The notes beneath the pieces are model-generated. The model saw only the letters and a list, made by a program, of their open reading frames with translations, ran no database searches and was not told the origin of the DNA. From an uncultured Bacteroidaceae bacterium (lineage in GTDB: Bacteria > Bacteroidota > Bacteroidia > Bacteroidales > GCA-2748055): a stretch of DNA of 37,226 nt. The stretch spans positions 1-37,226 of the forward strand of contig CAZOXI010000002.1 of NCBI GenBank assembly GCA_964583445.1. The letters are read 5' to 3'. The position numbers and the translations under genes were made by a program. Positions 28,001 through 36,874 of the stretch are shown piece after piece (position 1 is the first letter of the stretch; each line of letters starts with the position of its first letter).

Positions 28001-29214
28001 CCAATGCTTTTAAATATACACCTAAAGAGGGTTCTGTTTCTTTTTTGATAATTGAGACAAATGAGGAATATGTGGAAATAAGAATCACAGATACAGGAAT
28101 TGGGATCTCAGAAGCTGTCAAGGATAGAGTATTTGAACGTTTCTACAGGGCAAAGACCATTTCCGATAGTGAGGTGGGAAGCACCGGAATAGGACTCGCC
28201 CTTACAAAAGGGCTTGTGGAAATCCATAAAGGTGAAATAGGATTCAACAGTGCTCCAGGGCAGGGAACTACATTTTATTTCAGACTTCGAAAAGGGAACT
28301 CCCATCTATCAAATTCCGAGATCAGCCGTGAAGCTCCGCAGGTCTATTCACACATTAATGACATCGATCTGATTGATCAGGAAGAGATAAATGAAGAGTC
28401 GCCCTGCGAATCATCCATCGAAGGTAATTGTGGAAATCTGCTCATCGTGGAAGACAACATTGAACTGAGAAGATATATAAAAGATTTCTTCGTTAAGGAG
28501 TTTAATGTGTATACTGCAGAGGATGGTGTAAACGGCTGGAGCATGGTGCTTTCCTGTGAGCCGGATATCATCATCAGTGACCTGATGATGCCCCGAATGG
28601 ATGGACTGGAGTTGTGCCAAAGGGTTAAAGGGGATGAATTGACCAGCCACATTCCTTTCATACTTCTTACTGCAAAAATCAACGAAGAGACACAAATCAA
28701 TAGTTATAACCTGGGGGCAGATGCATATGTCCCCAAGCCCTTTGATATAGAGGTATTGCAAGCCCAAATCAGATCGATCTTGAAAAGAAGAAAAGAGATC
28801 CATAAAAATTTTAAAGAAAGCTTCAATATTAAACTTGAAGAGGTGGCTATGACTGCCATGGATGACAAATACCTGCAAAAAACATGTAAACTTATTGAAG
28901 ATAATATAGTGGATCCAAATTATTCTGTGGCACAACTGTCTTCGGATTATGGGATGTCCCAAAAACTAATGAATAAAAAACTAAAGGCCCTGACCGGCCT
29001 GACAGCTAAATCATTTATACGCTCCATAAAAATGAAGCGGGCTGCCCAATTACTCAAGACCGGAAGGTACACTGTATCAGAAATAACATATGATGTCGGA
29101 TTCTCTGACCTTAAATATTTCAGGTCCCGCTTCAAAGATGAATTTGGAATTACACCGTCTGAATACAAAAAAATCCACTCAGATCCTGATGAAGGAGCCA
29201 ACGATGCTAAATAA
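25057..29214 (+). CDS. Hybrid two-component system (HTCS) sensor kinase/response regulator with AraC-type DNA-binding output
   Basis: The track ORF starts at GTG 24970, but the ATG at 25057 gives MDNVLKGMHWQIIILVTLFAVLGIKGRAQE. The periplasmic part has beta-propeller repeats (LWLGTHDGLCRYD, VWIGTQNGLNKYN, IWVGTMGGGLNKY, LWISSNKGLSRLN). It has a Y_Y_Y domain (VEYKYMLEGFNEDW...YTLKIMASNNDGIWN) and one TM segment. The HisKA motif is ISHEFRTPLTLI and the HATPase motif is GIGLALTKGLVEIHKGEIGFNSAPGQGTTF. The receiver reads LLIVEDN...IIISDLMMPRMDG...TAK. The HTH_AraC region reads VAQLSSDYGMSQKLMNKKLK...ITYDVGFSDLKYFRSRFKDEFGITPSEY. Confidence 0.95.
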   Translation: MDNVLKGMHWQIIILVTLFAVLGIKGRAQEKYLFEHITTLNGLPENYINCIHQDADGFLWLGTHDGLCRYDGSQFEVFSLDRKKTNWIRSILIRHISEDNDRNLWILTTDLGIYRYDLDRNYFQYLGMPGILSDLQPSELLLTRRIGNDLLVGTQSGLVVIELNKHENDKKIYNSFKMQGVPAIWHMSGDERNNDSTVWIATDNGLFLYRNEGKRNRILKHFPKQGSPRIHYLVQNSEEILLASEDGIYNFTIQKGYYKLYSYNALTLLLDVKGKLWAYGNNNLTVFDYCDQTGEEKEKRKVLQEGWESTKITSNLVTELYSDRTGIVWIGTQNGLNKYNPNRKQFAHYRNTGKDGSLSSNSIRTIFEDSYNNLWIGTNGGGLNFLPSQSYNQMDFNNFLHYRVNPTGPDHDAYCIEQVIFGKDTIFLIGTSLPEAIAFYRLKNGIPVKTKPPFSTSAFKSSIFDIEDDDKYIWFASIFNGLYRYEKHSSRIDHYHQNDGHSVSSNIIRDVMLDSKANLWIATGEGLSFLPQEEKNAASPVFGAFHFIPGDTCSIAHHYVLTLFEDSKGNIWVGTMGGGLNKYLGDGKFLTIDDNDGLPNKVIKGILEDEDGNLWISSNKGLSRLNPHTMEIINFDLNDGLQDYEFGDLACAKISNGNMIFGGARGLTVFKPEEIKRETTLPEVVFTELQILNQKVEVGQKVNGRVLLDLVVDKSDEIRLKYSENSFSFTFAGLHFSSPAKVEYKYMLEGFNEDWIKTKAPDNTAKYTSLPPGKYTLKIMASNNDGIWNPLPKTLNIKVLPPFWYSLPALIVYALVLFTVILFFKRYTFIRIREKHKLQMEQFEQDKINELAQMKLRFYTNISHEFRTPLTLIIGPVKLLMQKYNSLTPSRSKQLLQTVYRNSAMLLRLINQLMDIRKMEQNKMQLSASKGNFYLTAKEIYESFKEMAFQKRINYTFNSFSNDIELWYETEKIEKILYNLLSNAFKYTPKEGSVSFLIIETNEEYVEIRITDTGIGISEAVKDRVFERFYRAKTISDSEVGSTGIGLALTKGLVEIHKGEIGFNSAPGQGTTFYFRLRKGNSHLSNSEISREAPQVYSHINDIDLIDQEEINEESPCESSIEGNCGNLLIVEDNIELRRYIKDFFVKEFNVYTAEDGVNGWSMVLSCEPDIIISDLMMPRMDGLELCQRVKGDELTSHIPFILLTAKINEETQINSYNLGADAYVPKPFDIEVLQAQIRSILKRRKEIHKNFKESFNIKLEEVAMTAMDDKYLQKTCKLIEDNIVDPNYSVAQLSSDYGMSQKLMNKKLKALTGLTAKSFIRSIKMKRAAQLLKTGRYTVSEITYDVGFSDLKYFRSRFKDEFGITPSEYKKIHSDPDEGANDAK

Positions 29215-29540
29215 AAACTGTGTAATTGGGATTATACGCGGGCTGCTTTTTACACCTTACCCTGCTATACAAAAAAAGGAAGCCCTCCCATCCGGAAAGA
29301 CCTCCATAACTAACTACTACATATACGAAATAAAGGATACTACATAACAAAACTCGTTTATGAGAAGTTTCAGGAGAAACAGCTTATTTCGAAAACAGAA
29401 ACTTCCAGCGACCTATCGCCCAGATTGATAAAATTCTTATCAATACCCGTCACATTTTATAATAAGGCAAATTACGTCAAAAATCATTGTATAACAGGGG
29501 AGAAAATGGTACTTAGTACATGGAGAAATTTGCCTTTCGG

Positions 29541-31628
29541 CTACTCACCCTTATATTCAAACGAATCAGTAAGACGGATATTTTCTGCGGAAGCACCAAC
29601 CAGCACCTCGAAGGTACCCTTCTCGGCCTTCCACCGGTCATCATTTTCATCCCAGAAAGCCAGGGAGCGGAAACTTACAGGTATCGCAACCCGTTTGCTT
29701 TCACCCGGTGCCAAAAAGGCTTTATCGAATCCTTTCAGTTCCTTTTCAGGCCGTTCCACACTGGATTCCAGGTCCTTTATATAGAGTTGTGACACTTCTG
29801 CTCCAGCCCGTTCTCCGGTATTTGTCACCGTGTACGATACGATCAGAGTATCTCTTCCCGATAAGCTGCTTCTTGAAAGGGAAATATCCGAATAGCTGAA
29901 TTCCGTATAGCTCAGCCCATATCCGAATGGGAAAAGAATATTTGTACCCCTTGAATCGAAATAACGATAGCCAACAAATATACCTTCTGAATAATTCACT
30001 TTTTTATCTATACCCGGAAACTCCTCCTCCTTTGCAGCAGGAAAATCGCTCCTTTCCAGCCCAAATGTTACAGGGAGCTTGCCGGAAGGATTGGCGTCCC
30101 CAAAGATCAGTGCAGCCTCGGCGTTACCCTCTTCCTGACCGGGAAACCAAACCTGAAGCACCGCATCCACCTGGTCGATCCATGGAATCACGTAGGAGCC
30201 CCCTGTACGCAGGACCAGTATTAATTTTTTATATTTCGCCGACAATGCCTCGATCATTTCCCGTTCCCCTTCAAGTGAAACCGTTGGCCGGTCATGCCCC
30301 TCTGTAGAATATTCATAAAAAAATACAATCGCTGCATCGGCCGGGCCGGCATTTCTGTAATCCTCATAACAGACTATTCTCTCTTCCCCAAGTCTCCTGG
30401 AAAATCCTTCCCGCGGGGAAACCTTGTAAAACGGAACCACCTTAGAACTGCCTCCACCCGAGGCCATCACAGTGTCCACGTCTCCAAACAGGGCCAGCTT
30501 ATTGATTTCCTGATCATTTAATGGCAGAACTCCATTTTCATTTTTCAGTAACACGCAACCCTCAATAGCCATCTCCAAGGCGAGCTTCTGGTGTTCCGGG
30601 GCATCAAGTCGGCCTTCCGGAAATTCCACCTTCTTGTCAAGGTAGCCAAACCGCTTCATCTGATTAAGGATACGATAAATCATCTCGTCCAGCGTTGATT
30701 CAGCTACCTCACCATTCTTTACTGCATCAAGCAAATGAAATTTGAACTGGGGTTCACCGAATTTGCCCCAACCCGACATCTCCAGGTCCAGCCCTGAATT
30801 GGCTGCAGCTACTGTCGTATGCTTGGTTCCCCAATCTGTGAGTATGAAACCCTTAAAGCCCCACTCGTTTTTAATGATTTGCCTGAGTAGCATTGGATTC
30901 TCAGAACACTGTACACCATTGATCCGGGGGTAAGCAGTCATGATACTGGAAACATCCGCTTCTTTCACCGCGGCCTCGAAGGAGGGAAGGTAAATCTCCC
31001 TCAAAGACCGCTCATCCATCGTATTATCTACATCAAACCTCCATGTTTCCTGGTTATTGGCAGTCACGGCTTTCACATTTGCAATAATCCCCATCTCCTG
31101 AATCCCCTTAATAACCGGAACGGCACAACGTGCCGACAGGTATGGATCCTCACTGAATAATTCAAAATTCCTTCCTCCTTCCGGAATCCGGATGATATTG
31201 ACCATCGGAGCCGCACACACTGTTCTTCCCTGGGCCATCACTTCCGATCCCAGGGCCTTCCCAAACCGATACATTAGATCCATGTTCCAGGTACTTGCCT
31301 GAGAAATGGGCACTGGGAAGGCAGTAGCAGGTTTCAAAGCGCGGTTGATGGTAAAGGAAGCTCCTGCTCCTGATGGCCCGTTCTGAACCGTTAATTGTGG
31401 AATCCCCAGTCTTGCAATCCCAGGCAAGTAGCCCACATAGGGTATACCTTGAGGATCGTCACACTTCTCTCCATGAACCATAGATACTTTCTCCTCCAAA
31501 GTCATCTGACCAATCAGATTGAGAATGTACTCATCATCCATCTTAAACGTTGTCCGGTTTGTGTTGCATGAAAAATTCGCAAGAACGAAAAAGAAAAGCA
31601 TTACTAATAGAAAGAATCTGTGTTTCAT
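29541..31628 (-). CDS. Glycoside hydrolase family 3 (beta-glucosidase/xylosidase-type, Bgl3B-like architecture with a C-terminal Fn3-like domain)
   Basis: The signal is MKHRFFLLVMLFFFVLANFSC. GH3 motifs are IIRIPEGGRNFELFSEDPYL, NNQETWR, ERSLREIYLPSFEAAV and the nucleophile context EWGFKGFILTDWG (D265). The Fn3-like tail reads GAEVSQLYIKDLESSVERPEKELKGFDKAFLAPGESKRVAIPV. Two residues usually conserved in the -1 subsite differ (see findings). Confidence 0.93.
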   Translation of the reverse strand: MKHRFFLLVMLFFFVLANFSCNTNRTTFKMDDEYILNLIGQMTLEEKVSMVHGEKCDDPQGIPYVGYLPGIARLGIPQLTVQNGPSGAGASFTINRALKPATAFPVPISQASTWNMDLMYRFGKALGSEVMAQGRTVCAAPMVNIIRIPEGGRNFELFSEDPYLSARCAVPVIKGIQEMGIIANVKAVTANNQETWRFDVDNTMDERSLREIYLPSFEAAVKEADVSSIMTAYPRINGVQCSENPMLLRQIIKNEWGFKGFILTDWGTKHTTVAAANSGLDLEMSGWGKFGEPQFKFHLLDAVKNGEVAESTLDEMIYRILNQMKRFGYLDKKVEFPEGRLDAPEHQKLALEMAIEGCVLLKNENGVLPLNDQEINKLALFGDVDTVMASGGGSSKVVPFYKVSPREGFSRRLGEERIVCYEDYRNAGPADAAIVFFYEYSTEGHDRPTVSLEGEREMIEALSAKYKKLILVLRTGGSYVIPWIDQVDAVLQVWFPGQEEGNAEAALIFGDANPSGKLPVTFGLERSDFPAAKEEEFPGIDKKVNYSEGIFVGYRYFDSRGTNILFPFGYGLSYTEFSYSDISLSRSSLSGRDTLIVSYTVTNTGERAGAEVSQLYIKDLESSVERPEKELKGFDKAFLAPGESKRVAIPVSFRSLAFWDENDDRWKAEKGTFEVLVGASAENIRLTDSFEYKGE

Positions 31629-31913
31629 TAGTTATAAAATTATTAGTGTACAAATAAATGAGCAATTTGCCTGTTAGCTCATTGTAAAAATATGGATATT
31701 AGCAAAACAGACAGGGTATATTTTAGTCTCAATCTGAAGGGATAAATAGGCCTTCAGCGATAATTAATTGTTCAAATTACGAATGGAGCCATATTATTTT
31801 TCCAGAAAAACAGGGGAAATCATTCGACCATGGAAAAGAGCAAACAAACAAATGACTCTCTCGTTATAGATGAGAAGTAATTTAGCACCACAACGAAAAA
31901 AGAAAAAAAAAAT

Positions 31914-32267
31914 ATGAAACGAAGTAAACCATTCCTTATACTGACAGCAGGCCTGTTGATAATGGTCTCCTGCTCCCGGAAGAAAAATGCTGCCGATCAT
32001 GAATCCATCGATAAGCCCAACATACTGTTCATCATGTCAGACGATCATGCATACCAGGCAATAAGTGCCTATTCTGATAAACTGATTCGAACTCCAAATA
32101 TTGACTGAATCGCCAGAGAGAGCATGCTGTTCACCAACGCATGTGTTACCAACTCCATCTGCGAGCCTTCAATCACCTTGCAGGACAAACCCCATAATGA
32201 GAACATCCCAATGTTTCATCAGAAAAGACTGCTGTTCCGTTTTTTCTATGACAGTTTCGTTAAATGA
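31914..32267 (+). pseudogene. Sulfatase (S1 family) pseudogene: N-terminal remnant with an in-frame TGA, a degenerate formylglycine motif and 3' truncation
   Basis: The 64-aa ORF MKRSKPFLILTAGLLIMVSCS...KPNILFIMSDDHAYQAISAYSDKLIRTPNID stops at the TGA at 32106..32108. Reading on in the same frame gives IARESMLFTNACVTNSICEPSITLQDKPHNEN..., which is the expected sulfatase continuation. The motif is CEPSI instead of CxPSR. Similarity ends near 32200 and the frame closes at 32265..32267. Confidence 0.75.
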
Positions 32268-33690
32268 GATTAAAGGAATCCAAATCAAGCGTGTCGTCCA
32301 TCTCTTGCATACTCTCCCTAAGTCGGCTATACATAATACGAAGAAGTTCTTCTTTCTCAGGATCATTCGCCAGGTCATTGATCTCCTCAGGGTCCTCCGC
32401 TAAATTGAACAACCTTAAAACACCGGCATAAGGATAGGCGATCAGCTTATAATCATTCATGCGGATCATTCTCTGCAGATCCATGTATGCTCCATATATC
32501 TCAGGATGATATGATTCCGTTCGGATCCCTTCGATCAATTTTTTCAAACTACTGAACTCAACATACTCAGGAACCTCTCCTCCGGCATATTCAATGACCG
32601 TTGGCATGATATCCTGAAGGTAAACTTCCATATCAAGCCGACTGCCTTTTGGTATATCAGGACCAACCACAATCAAGGGCGGACGCATGCTGTGATCATA
32701 CATACTCTGCTTGCCAATCAGACCGTGATGCCCCACTGAAAGGCCATGGTCAGCCGAAAAAAAGATGTAAGTATTATCAGACTCCCCTGTTTTATCTAAT
32801 TTATCAAGGATCCTGCCAATCTGCCGGTCCATGTGTGTTATGATCGCGTAGTACTCCTGGCGGTGTACCTTCACCGCGTATTCAGTCCTTGGAAAAGGAG
32901 CCAGCTTCTCATCTCTTAAGCCGGGACCACAGCCAATATCATCTTTATAAGGATATTCAGGAATGAAACCAGGAGGCATTGCGATATCTTCAAGGGGGTA
33001 CATATCAACATATTCTTTAGGTGACTGCCTCGGATCGTGTGGTGCATTGAAAGCAACATACATAAAAAAAGGCTTTTTCGAGCGTGCGGCAGAATCGAGG
33101 AATTCCATGGTCTCGTTGGCAACAACTTCACTCCAATGGGTTCCTCCTTCCCAGAATCCTCCAAAAGTAGTATCCCAGGGCGTCCACTCCCAATCATCCT
33201 GACTTAAGGGCCTATTATAGGCTTCAGGAGTATCTTGCGGCATTCCGGGCCTGATAGATGCAACGTGATGAAATATCTCGGACGGATTGATCTTCACATG
33301 CCATTTTCCCGTAAAAAAGGTTTCATATCCCAGTCGTTCCATCTCTTTACTCCAAAGGTTGCCTTCATCGGCCAATCCCCTCAAATCCTGTTCTGCATCA
33401 AAGGCTCTCCAGAGAAAACGGCCCGTATTGAACATGGTTCTGGATGCTATGCACACGGCACCGTTCCAACCTCCCATATTATAGGTAGTTGTAAAGACCG
33501 TTCCTGTCCTGGCCAGTTCGTCAAGCGTGGGGGTAAGGATCTCTGCATTATTCAATTCATGGATTGTCTTGTAACATTGGTCATCCGCAAGGATGAACAG
33601 GATGTTGGGTTTTTCGGTTTCTTTATTCTCCCCGCAAGAAGTCAGGGTTATGGTGAGTATACACCACACAACCAGTTTTAAACTTTTCAT
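32260..33690 (-). CDS. Sulfatase (S1 family, Cys-type), lipoprotein
   Basis: The ATG at 33690 gives MKSLKLVVWCILTITLTSC (an alternative ATG is at 33702). The metal-binding motif is PNILFILADDQ. The formylglycine motif is C-I-A-S-R-TMFNTGR (codons 33453..33439), the permitted CxAxR variant. Downstream motifs are GKWH and FFSADHG. Confidence 0.9.
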   Translation of the reverse strand: MKSLKLVVWCILTITLTSCGENKETEKPNILFILADDQCYKTIHELNNAEILTPTLDELARTGTVFTTTYNMGGWNGAVCIASRTMFNTGRFLWRAFDAEQDLRGLADEGNLWSKEMERLGYETFFTGKWHVKINPSEIFHHVASIRPGMPQDTPEAYNRPLSQDDWEWTPWDTTFGGFWEGGTHWSEVVANETMEFLDSAARSKKPFFMYVAFNAPHDPRQSPKEYVDMYPLEDIAMPPGFIPEYPYKDDIGCGPGLRDEKLAPFPRTEYAVKVHRQEYYAIITHMDRQIGRILDKLDKTGESDNTYIFFSADHGLSVGHHGLIGKQSMYDHSMRPPLIVVGPDIPKGSRLDMEVYLQDIMPTVIEYAGGEVPEYVEFSSLKKLIEGIRTESYHPEIYGAYMDLQRMIRMNDYKLIAYPYAGVLRLFNLAEDPEEINDLANDPEKEELLRIMYSRLRESMQEMDDTLDLDSFNLI

Positions 33691-33732
33691 ATTACTTTGC
33701 ATTTATTTTTAGTATTTCTATTTTACATACTT

Positions 33733-33879
33733 TTAAGTTAGGTAGAGAACAATCTTCATCAACTTTCCGGGATCATCCGACCAGTCTTTTACAGCTTTAG
33801 CAGCATCTTTAGCCCTTACAAGCCGGGTAACCAAAGCCGGGTAAGCCATGGCAAACCAGCCAACGTAAAATGTATTCAT
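33733..33879 (-). CDS. Hypothetical small protein (48 aa) or gene remnant
   Basis: There is only an open frame from the ATG at 33879: MNTFYVGWFAMAYPALVTRLVRAKDAAKAVKDWSDDPGKLMKIVLYLT. The track version starts at a TTG (33969). I recognise no family and see no clear promoter. Confidence 0.2.
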   Translation of the reverse strand: MNTFYVGWFAMAYPALVTRLVRAKDAAKAVKDWSDDPGKLMKIVLYLT

Positions 33880-34266
33880 CTTTATAATTCTATTATGCAA
33901 TAAGTTTGTAAAAATCTGTTGCATTCCTGTACAGTATCTGTGACCTTTCCTCCTCTCCCTTAGATTCAAGGTAGATTAGCATGACCTAACGAATACCATA
34001 GAAGTATCTATGCCCAATGATGATGTTTTTATTCATTAATAATAGCATTCGTATTTATTGGGTCATTGTTTGCTGAAGCAAAAATAGCGCATTTACTTCA
34101 TTATTTTAGGGGACATTCTTCCAAATAACAGGGTGTTAAATTAAGCCTGATTAATTCATAAACTTCAAAATCTATAAATTTTTATTCCGTTTTCCCCATC
34201 AGGATGTGTTATTTCGATCTCAAGGGAACCTTATAAAGACTATACTGATAAAATTAAATCAATACT

Positions 34267-35026
34267 ATGAGCGAAGAAAAGAAGCAAATAGGGGTTTTTG
34301 AAAGATACCTGACCCTTTGGGTGGCAATATGTATCGCAGCATGTATAGCTATAGGTCATTTTACAGGTGATAGTATCAGCTTTTTAAATCAACTGGAAAT
34401 TTCCAATGTGAATATCCCAGTGGCCATTCTGATCTTGTTGACGATCTACCCGATGATGCAACAGATCGATTTTCCCAGCCTAAAAAATGTCGGAAGAAGA
34501 TCAAAGGGGGTATCTTCACGCTGATGGTCAACTGGCTGATCAAACCCTTTACCATGGCTTTTTTCGCGTGGTTTTTCTTTTCAAAACTTTACAGTGCATG
34601 GATCAGCCCGGAAGAGGCCGGTGAATATATATCCGAAGCTATCCTGTTGGACGCCGCTCCCTGTAACGCGATGATATTTGTCTGGAGCTACCTCACCAAT
34701 GGAGATACCAACAATACACTCGTACAGGTGTCCATCAACGAACTGATCATCCTGGTGACCTTTGTTCCCATTGTTGGACTCCTGCTTGGAATCACCGATG
34801 TTCAGATTCCTTATGACACCCTGGTTGCCAGCTTAGTTGTATTTGTGGTTGTGCCCCTACCGTGGCAATCGCCCTTTTCGGCCTTCAATCACCCACCGTC
34901 ATGGTAACCCTAGTAATTGTTCTGGTCGAAGTACCTGTAATACTCTTCATTGGTGGCATTAGCCAACCGGTGAAAGTAATAATACCCTGGAGCGGGTACT
35001 TGCTGCATTCAGCAATTATAAGCTAG
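34267..35026 (+). pseudogene. acr3: ACR3-family arsenite efflux carrier pseudogene (frameshift plus ~130-codon internal deletion)
   Basis: Three frames together spell ACR3 segments. Frame 1 gives MSEEKKQIGVFERYLTLWVAICIA...NIPVAILILLTIYPMMQQIDFPSLKNVGRRSKG. After the G5 run at 34506..34510, a -1 shift gives (G)IFTLMVNWLIKPFTMAFFAWFFF...AAPCNAMIFVWSYLTNGD...VPL. Near 34858..34864 another -1 shift gives VAIALFGLQSPTVMVTLVIVLVEVPVILF...; the stop is at 35024..35026. The summed length is about 250 aa against about 350 aa for intact ACR3. Confidence 0.8.
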
Positions 35027-35081
35027 ACCCTCATCAATCAAAATGCACAATCAAGCTCAGCGATATATTGCCAGGCAAATT

Positions 35082-36641
35082 CTAACGATGATACTTTGAA
35101 GTAGCTTTTAACTCTAACGTATCTCCCAGCACAATACGCTCATGTTCCAATCTATCGGTCATCATTATTATAATATCGTTGTAATCCGGATCAGAATACC
35201 TGTTCTGCATTTCATCCGGATCCTTTTCTAAATCGAATAACTCCCACTCATTGGTTGTGTAAAAATGAATAAGTTTATAGCGGTCGCTCCTAATTCCGTA
35301 ATGTGGTTTCACCATATGCCAGTCGGGATACGCATAATAGTGGTAATAGGCAACATCACGCCAGTCATCTGGTTCTTCTTCCTGAAGAAGAGGCACAATA
35401 CTTTTCCCCTGAATATCATTGGGAATCTTTATTCCGGCAATATCCAGAAAAGTAGCAGCATAATCGATATTCTGCACTATGTATTCATTTCTGGAAGCGT
35501 TGGGGGTAACATCAGGCCACCTTACAATTAGCGGCATACGAAGCGATTCCTCATACATCCAACGTTTATCGTACCATCCATGGTCGCCGAGGAAAAAGCC
35601 CTGGTCAGAACTATAAATGACAACAGTGTTTTCAGCCAGTCCCGATTCTTCCAAATACTGAAGCATACGGCCGATTTCCTTATCCATTGAAGTTACAGAG
35701 CGAAGAAAATCTTTTACATAACGCTGATATTTCCATTCTGCCAATTCATTGCCTCTTAGATTGGCTTCAATAAATGCCTTATTTTCTGATCCATAGGATT
35801 CCATGAAACGACTTAGCTGCTGTTCATTTAAGTAGGGTGGTGGTACCAGTTTCAGATCCCGTTCATTCATATGATTGGCAATCTCCATTTCCTGCTCATG
35901 CAAAGCAGAGCTCCGTGTTGAATAATCGTCGTAAAAATTGGTCGGCAGAGGGATGTCAATGTCTCTGTATAGATCGTACTCATCAGAGCCCGGAACCCAT
36001 TCTCGATGGGGTGTCTTATGGGAATAGAACAAAAAGAATGGTTTATTGGGATCTCGTTTTGCTTTCAACCAGTCGATGGCATGGTCTGTGATTATGGTGG
36101 CAGTGTGACCTGTTATTTTTTCCTGTCCGGCAGGAGAACCTATGACAGGATTGTAATAGGTTCCTTGCTGACCTGGGTTATCCAGAATTTCCCAATGGTT
36201 AAAACCAGTGGGCTCAGAAAACAGATGCCACTTGCCTATATATGCTGTTTCATATCCCCCGGTTTGTAAAAGTTTTGGAAATGTTTGCTGTGTTCCATCA
36301 AAACTAGCATCATTATTTAGCATCCCATTCTGATGGCTATGTTTACCTGTTAAAATGGTTGCGCGACTTGGTCCACAAATGGAATTTCCACAAAATACGT
36401 TTGTAAACAGCATTCCCTGTTCGGCCAACTGGTCAAGATTAGGAGTTTTAACGTATTGCTGTAATTCCGGATTGTTGTGTTTGGGGCCGTATGCACCGAT
36501 GGCATGTGTAGCGTGGTCATCGCTGAAAATGAACAGAATATTTGGACTCACTTCTTCCTGTTCTTTTGGGAAACAACCCAATAACAATATGATTGAAAAT
36601 ACAGCAATAAAAACCTGTATAAATCTATTCCTTAGTTTCAT
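35082..36641 (-). CDS. Sulfatase (S1 family, Cys-type), lipoprotein
   Basis: The track ORF extends to 36860, but the ATG at 36641 gives [23 protein letters not shown], a lipobox signal. Motifs are [20 protein letters not shown], the formylglycine motif [21 protein letters not shown], then GKWH and [22 protein letters not shown]. Confidence 0.92.
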   Translation of the reverse strand: MKLRNRFIQVFIAVFSIILLLGCFPKEQEEVSPNILFIFSDDHATHAIGAYGPKHNNPELQQYVKTPNLDQLAEQGMLFTNVFCGNSICGPSRATILTGKHSHQNGMLNNDASFDGTQQTFPKLLQTGGYETAYIGKWHLFSEPTGFNHWEILDNPGQQGTYYNPVIGSPAGQEKITGHTATIITDHAIDWLKAKRDPNKPFFLFYSHKTPHREWVPGSDEYDLYRDIDIPLPTNFYDDYSTRSSALHEQEMEIANHMNERDLKLVPPPYLNEQQLSRFMESYGSENKAFIEANLRGNELAEWKYQRYVKDFLRSVTSMDKEIGRMLQYLEESGLAENTVVIYSSDQGFFLGDHGWYDKRWMYEESLRMPLIVRWPDVTPNASRNEYIVQNIDYAATFLDIAGIKIPNDIQGKSIVPLLQEEEPDDWRDVAYYHYYAYPDWHMVKPHYGIRSDRYKLIHFYTTNEWELFDLEKDPDEMQNRYSDPDYNDIIIMMTDRLEHERIVLGDTLELKATSKYHR

Positions 36642-36874
36642 AATACTTGTCAATTGTTGGTTATTCTTTACATTTGTTGCATATTTCTGGATCATTAGAT
36701 CTGTGGTAAAGATAAAAAAAAATGCTATAACTATACCTTGCTCCTTGTAAAGATGAAACATCACATAATTAGTCTTTGATAAAAAAGCGTCAAATACAAG
36801 GCTTTCGAAGTATTTGAAGCTAAGGAGTTTACTGTTCGTAACCGACCGTAGGGAGACCACTAATACCGATTAAA

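Noticed and set aside
26985-28962. Long antisense ORFs inside the HTCS gene (181 aa and 183 aa), and similar shadow ORFs inside the T9SS, SusC, GH3 and sulfatase genes
   Set aside because: They lie entirely within strongly supported genes on the opposite strand. They have no recognisable motifs and show the composition typical of shadow ORFs.
31896-31912. A6-G-A10 tract immediately upstream of the sulfatase-remnant ATG, considered as a slipped-strand phase-variation tract
   Set aside because: A-rich tracts directly upstream of start codons are the normal translation-initiation context in Bacteroidota, which lack Shine-Dalgarno use. The downstream gene is already a pseudogene.
32106-32108. 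The in-frame TGA in the sulfatase remnant, considered as selenocysteine or reassigned-codon readthrough
   Set aside because: TGA serves as a genuine stop for other genes in the window, for example the MFS transporter. I noticed no obvious SECIS-like hairpin after it. The downstream sequence has further inactivating changes, including a lost CxPSR Arg and truncation.
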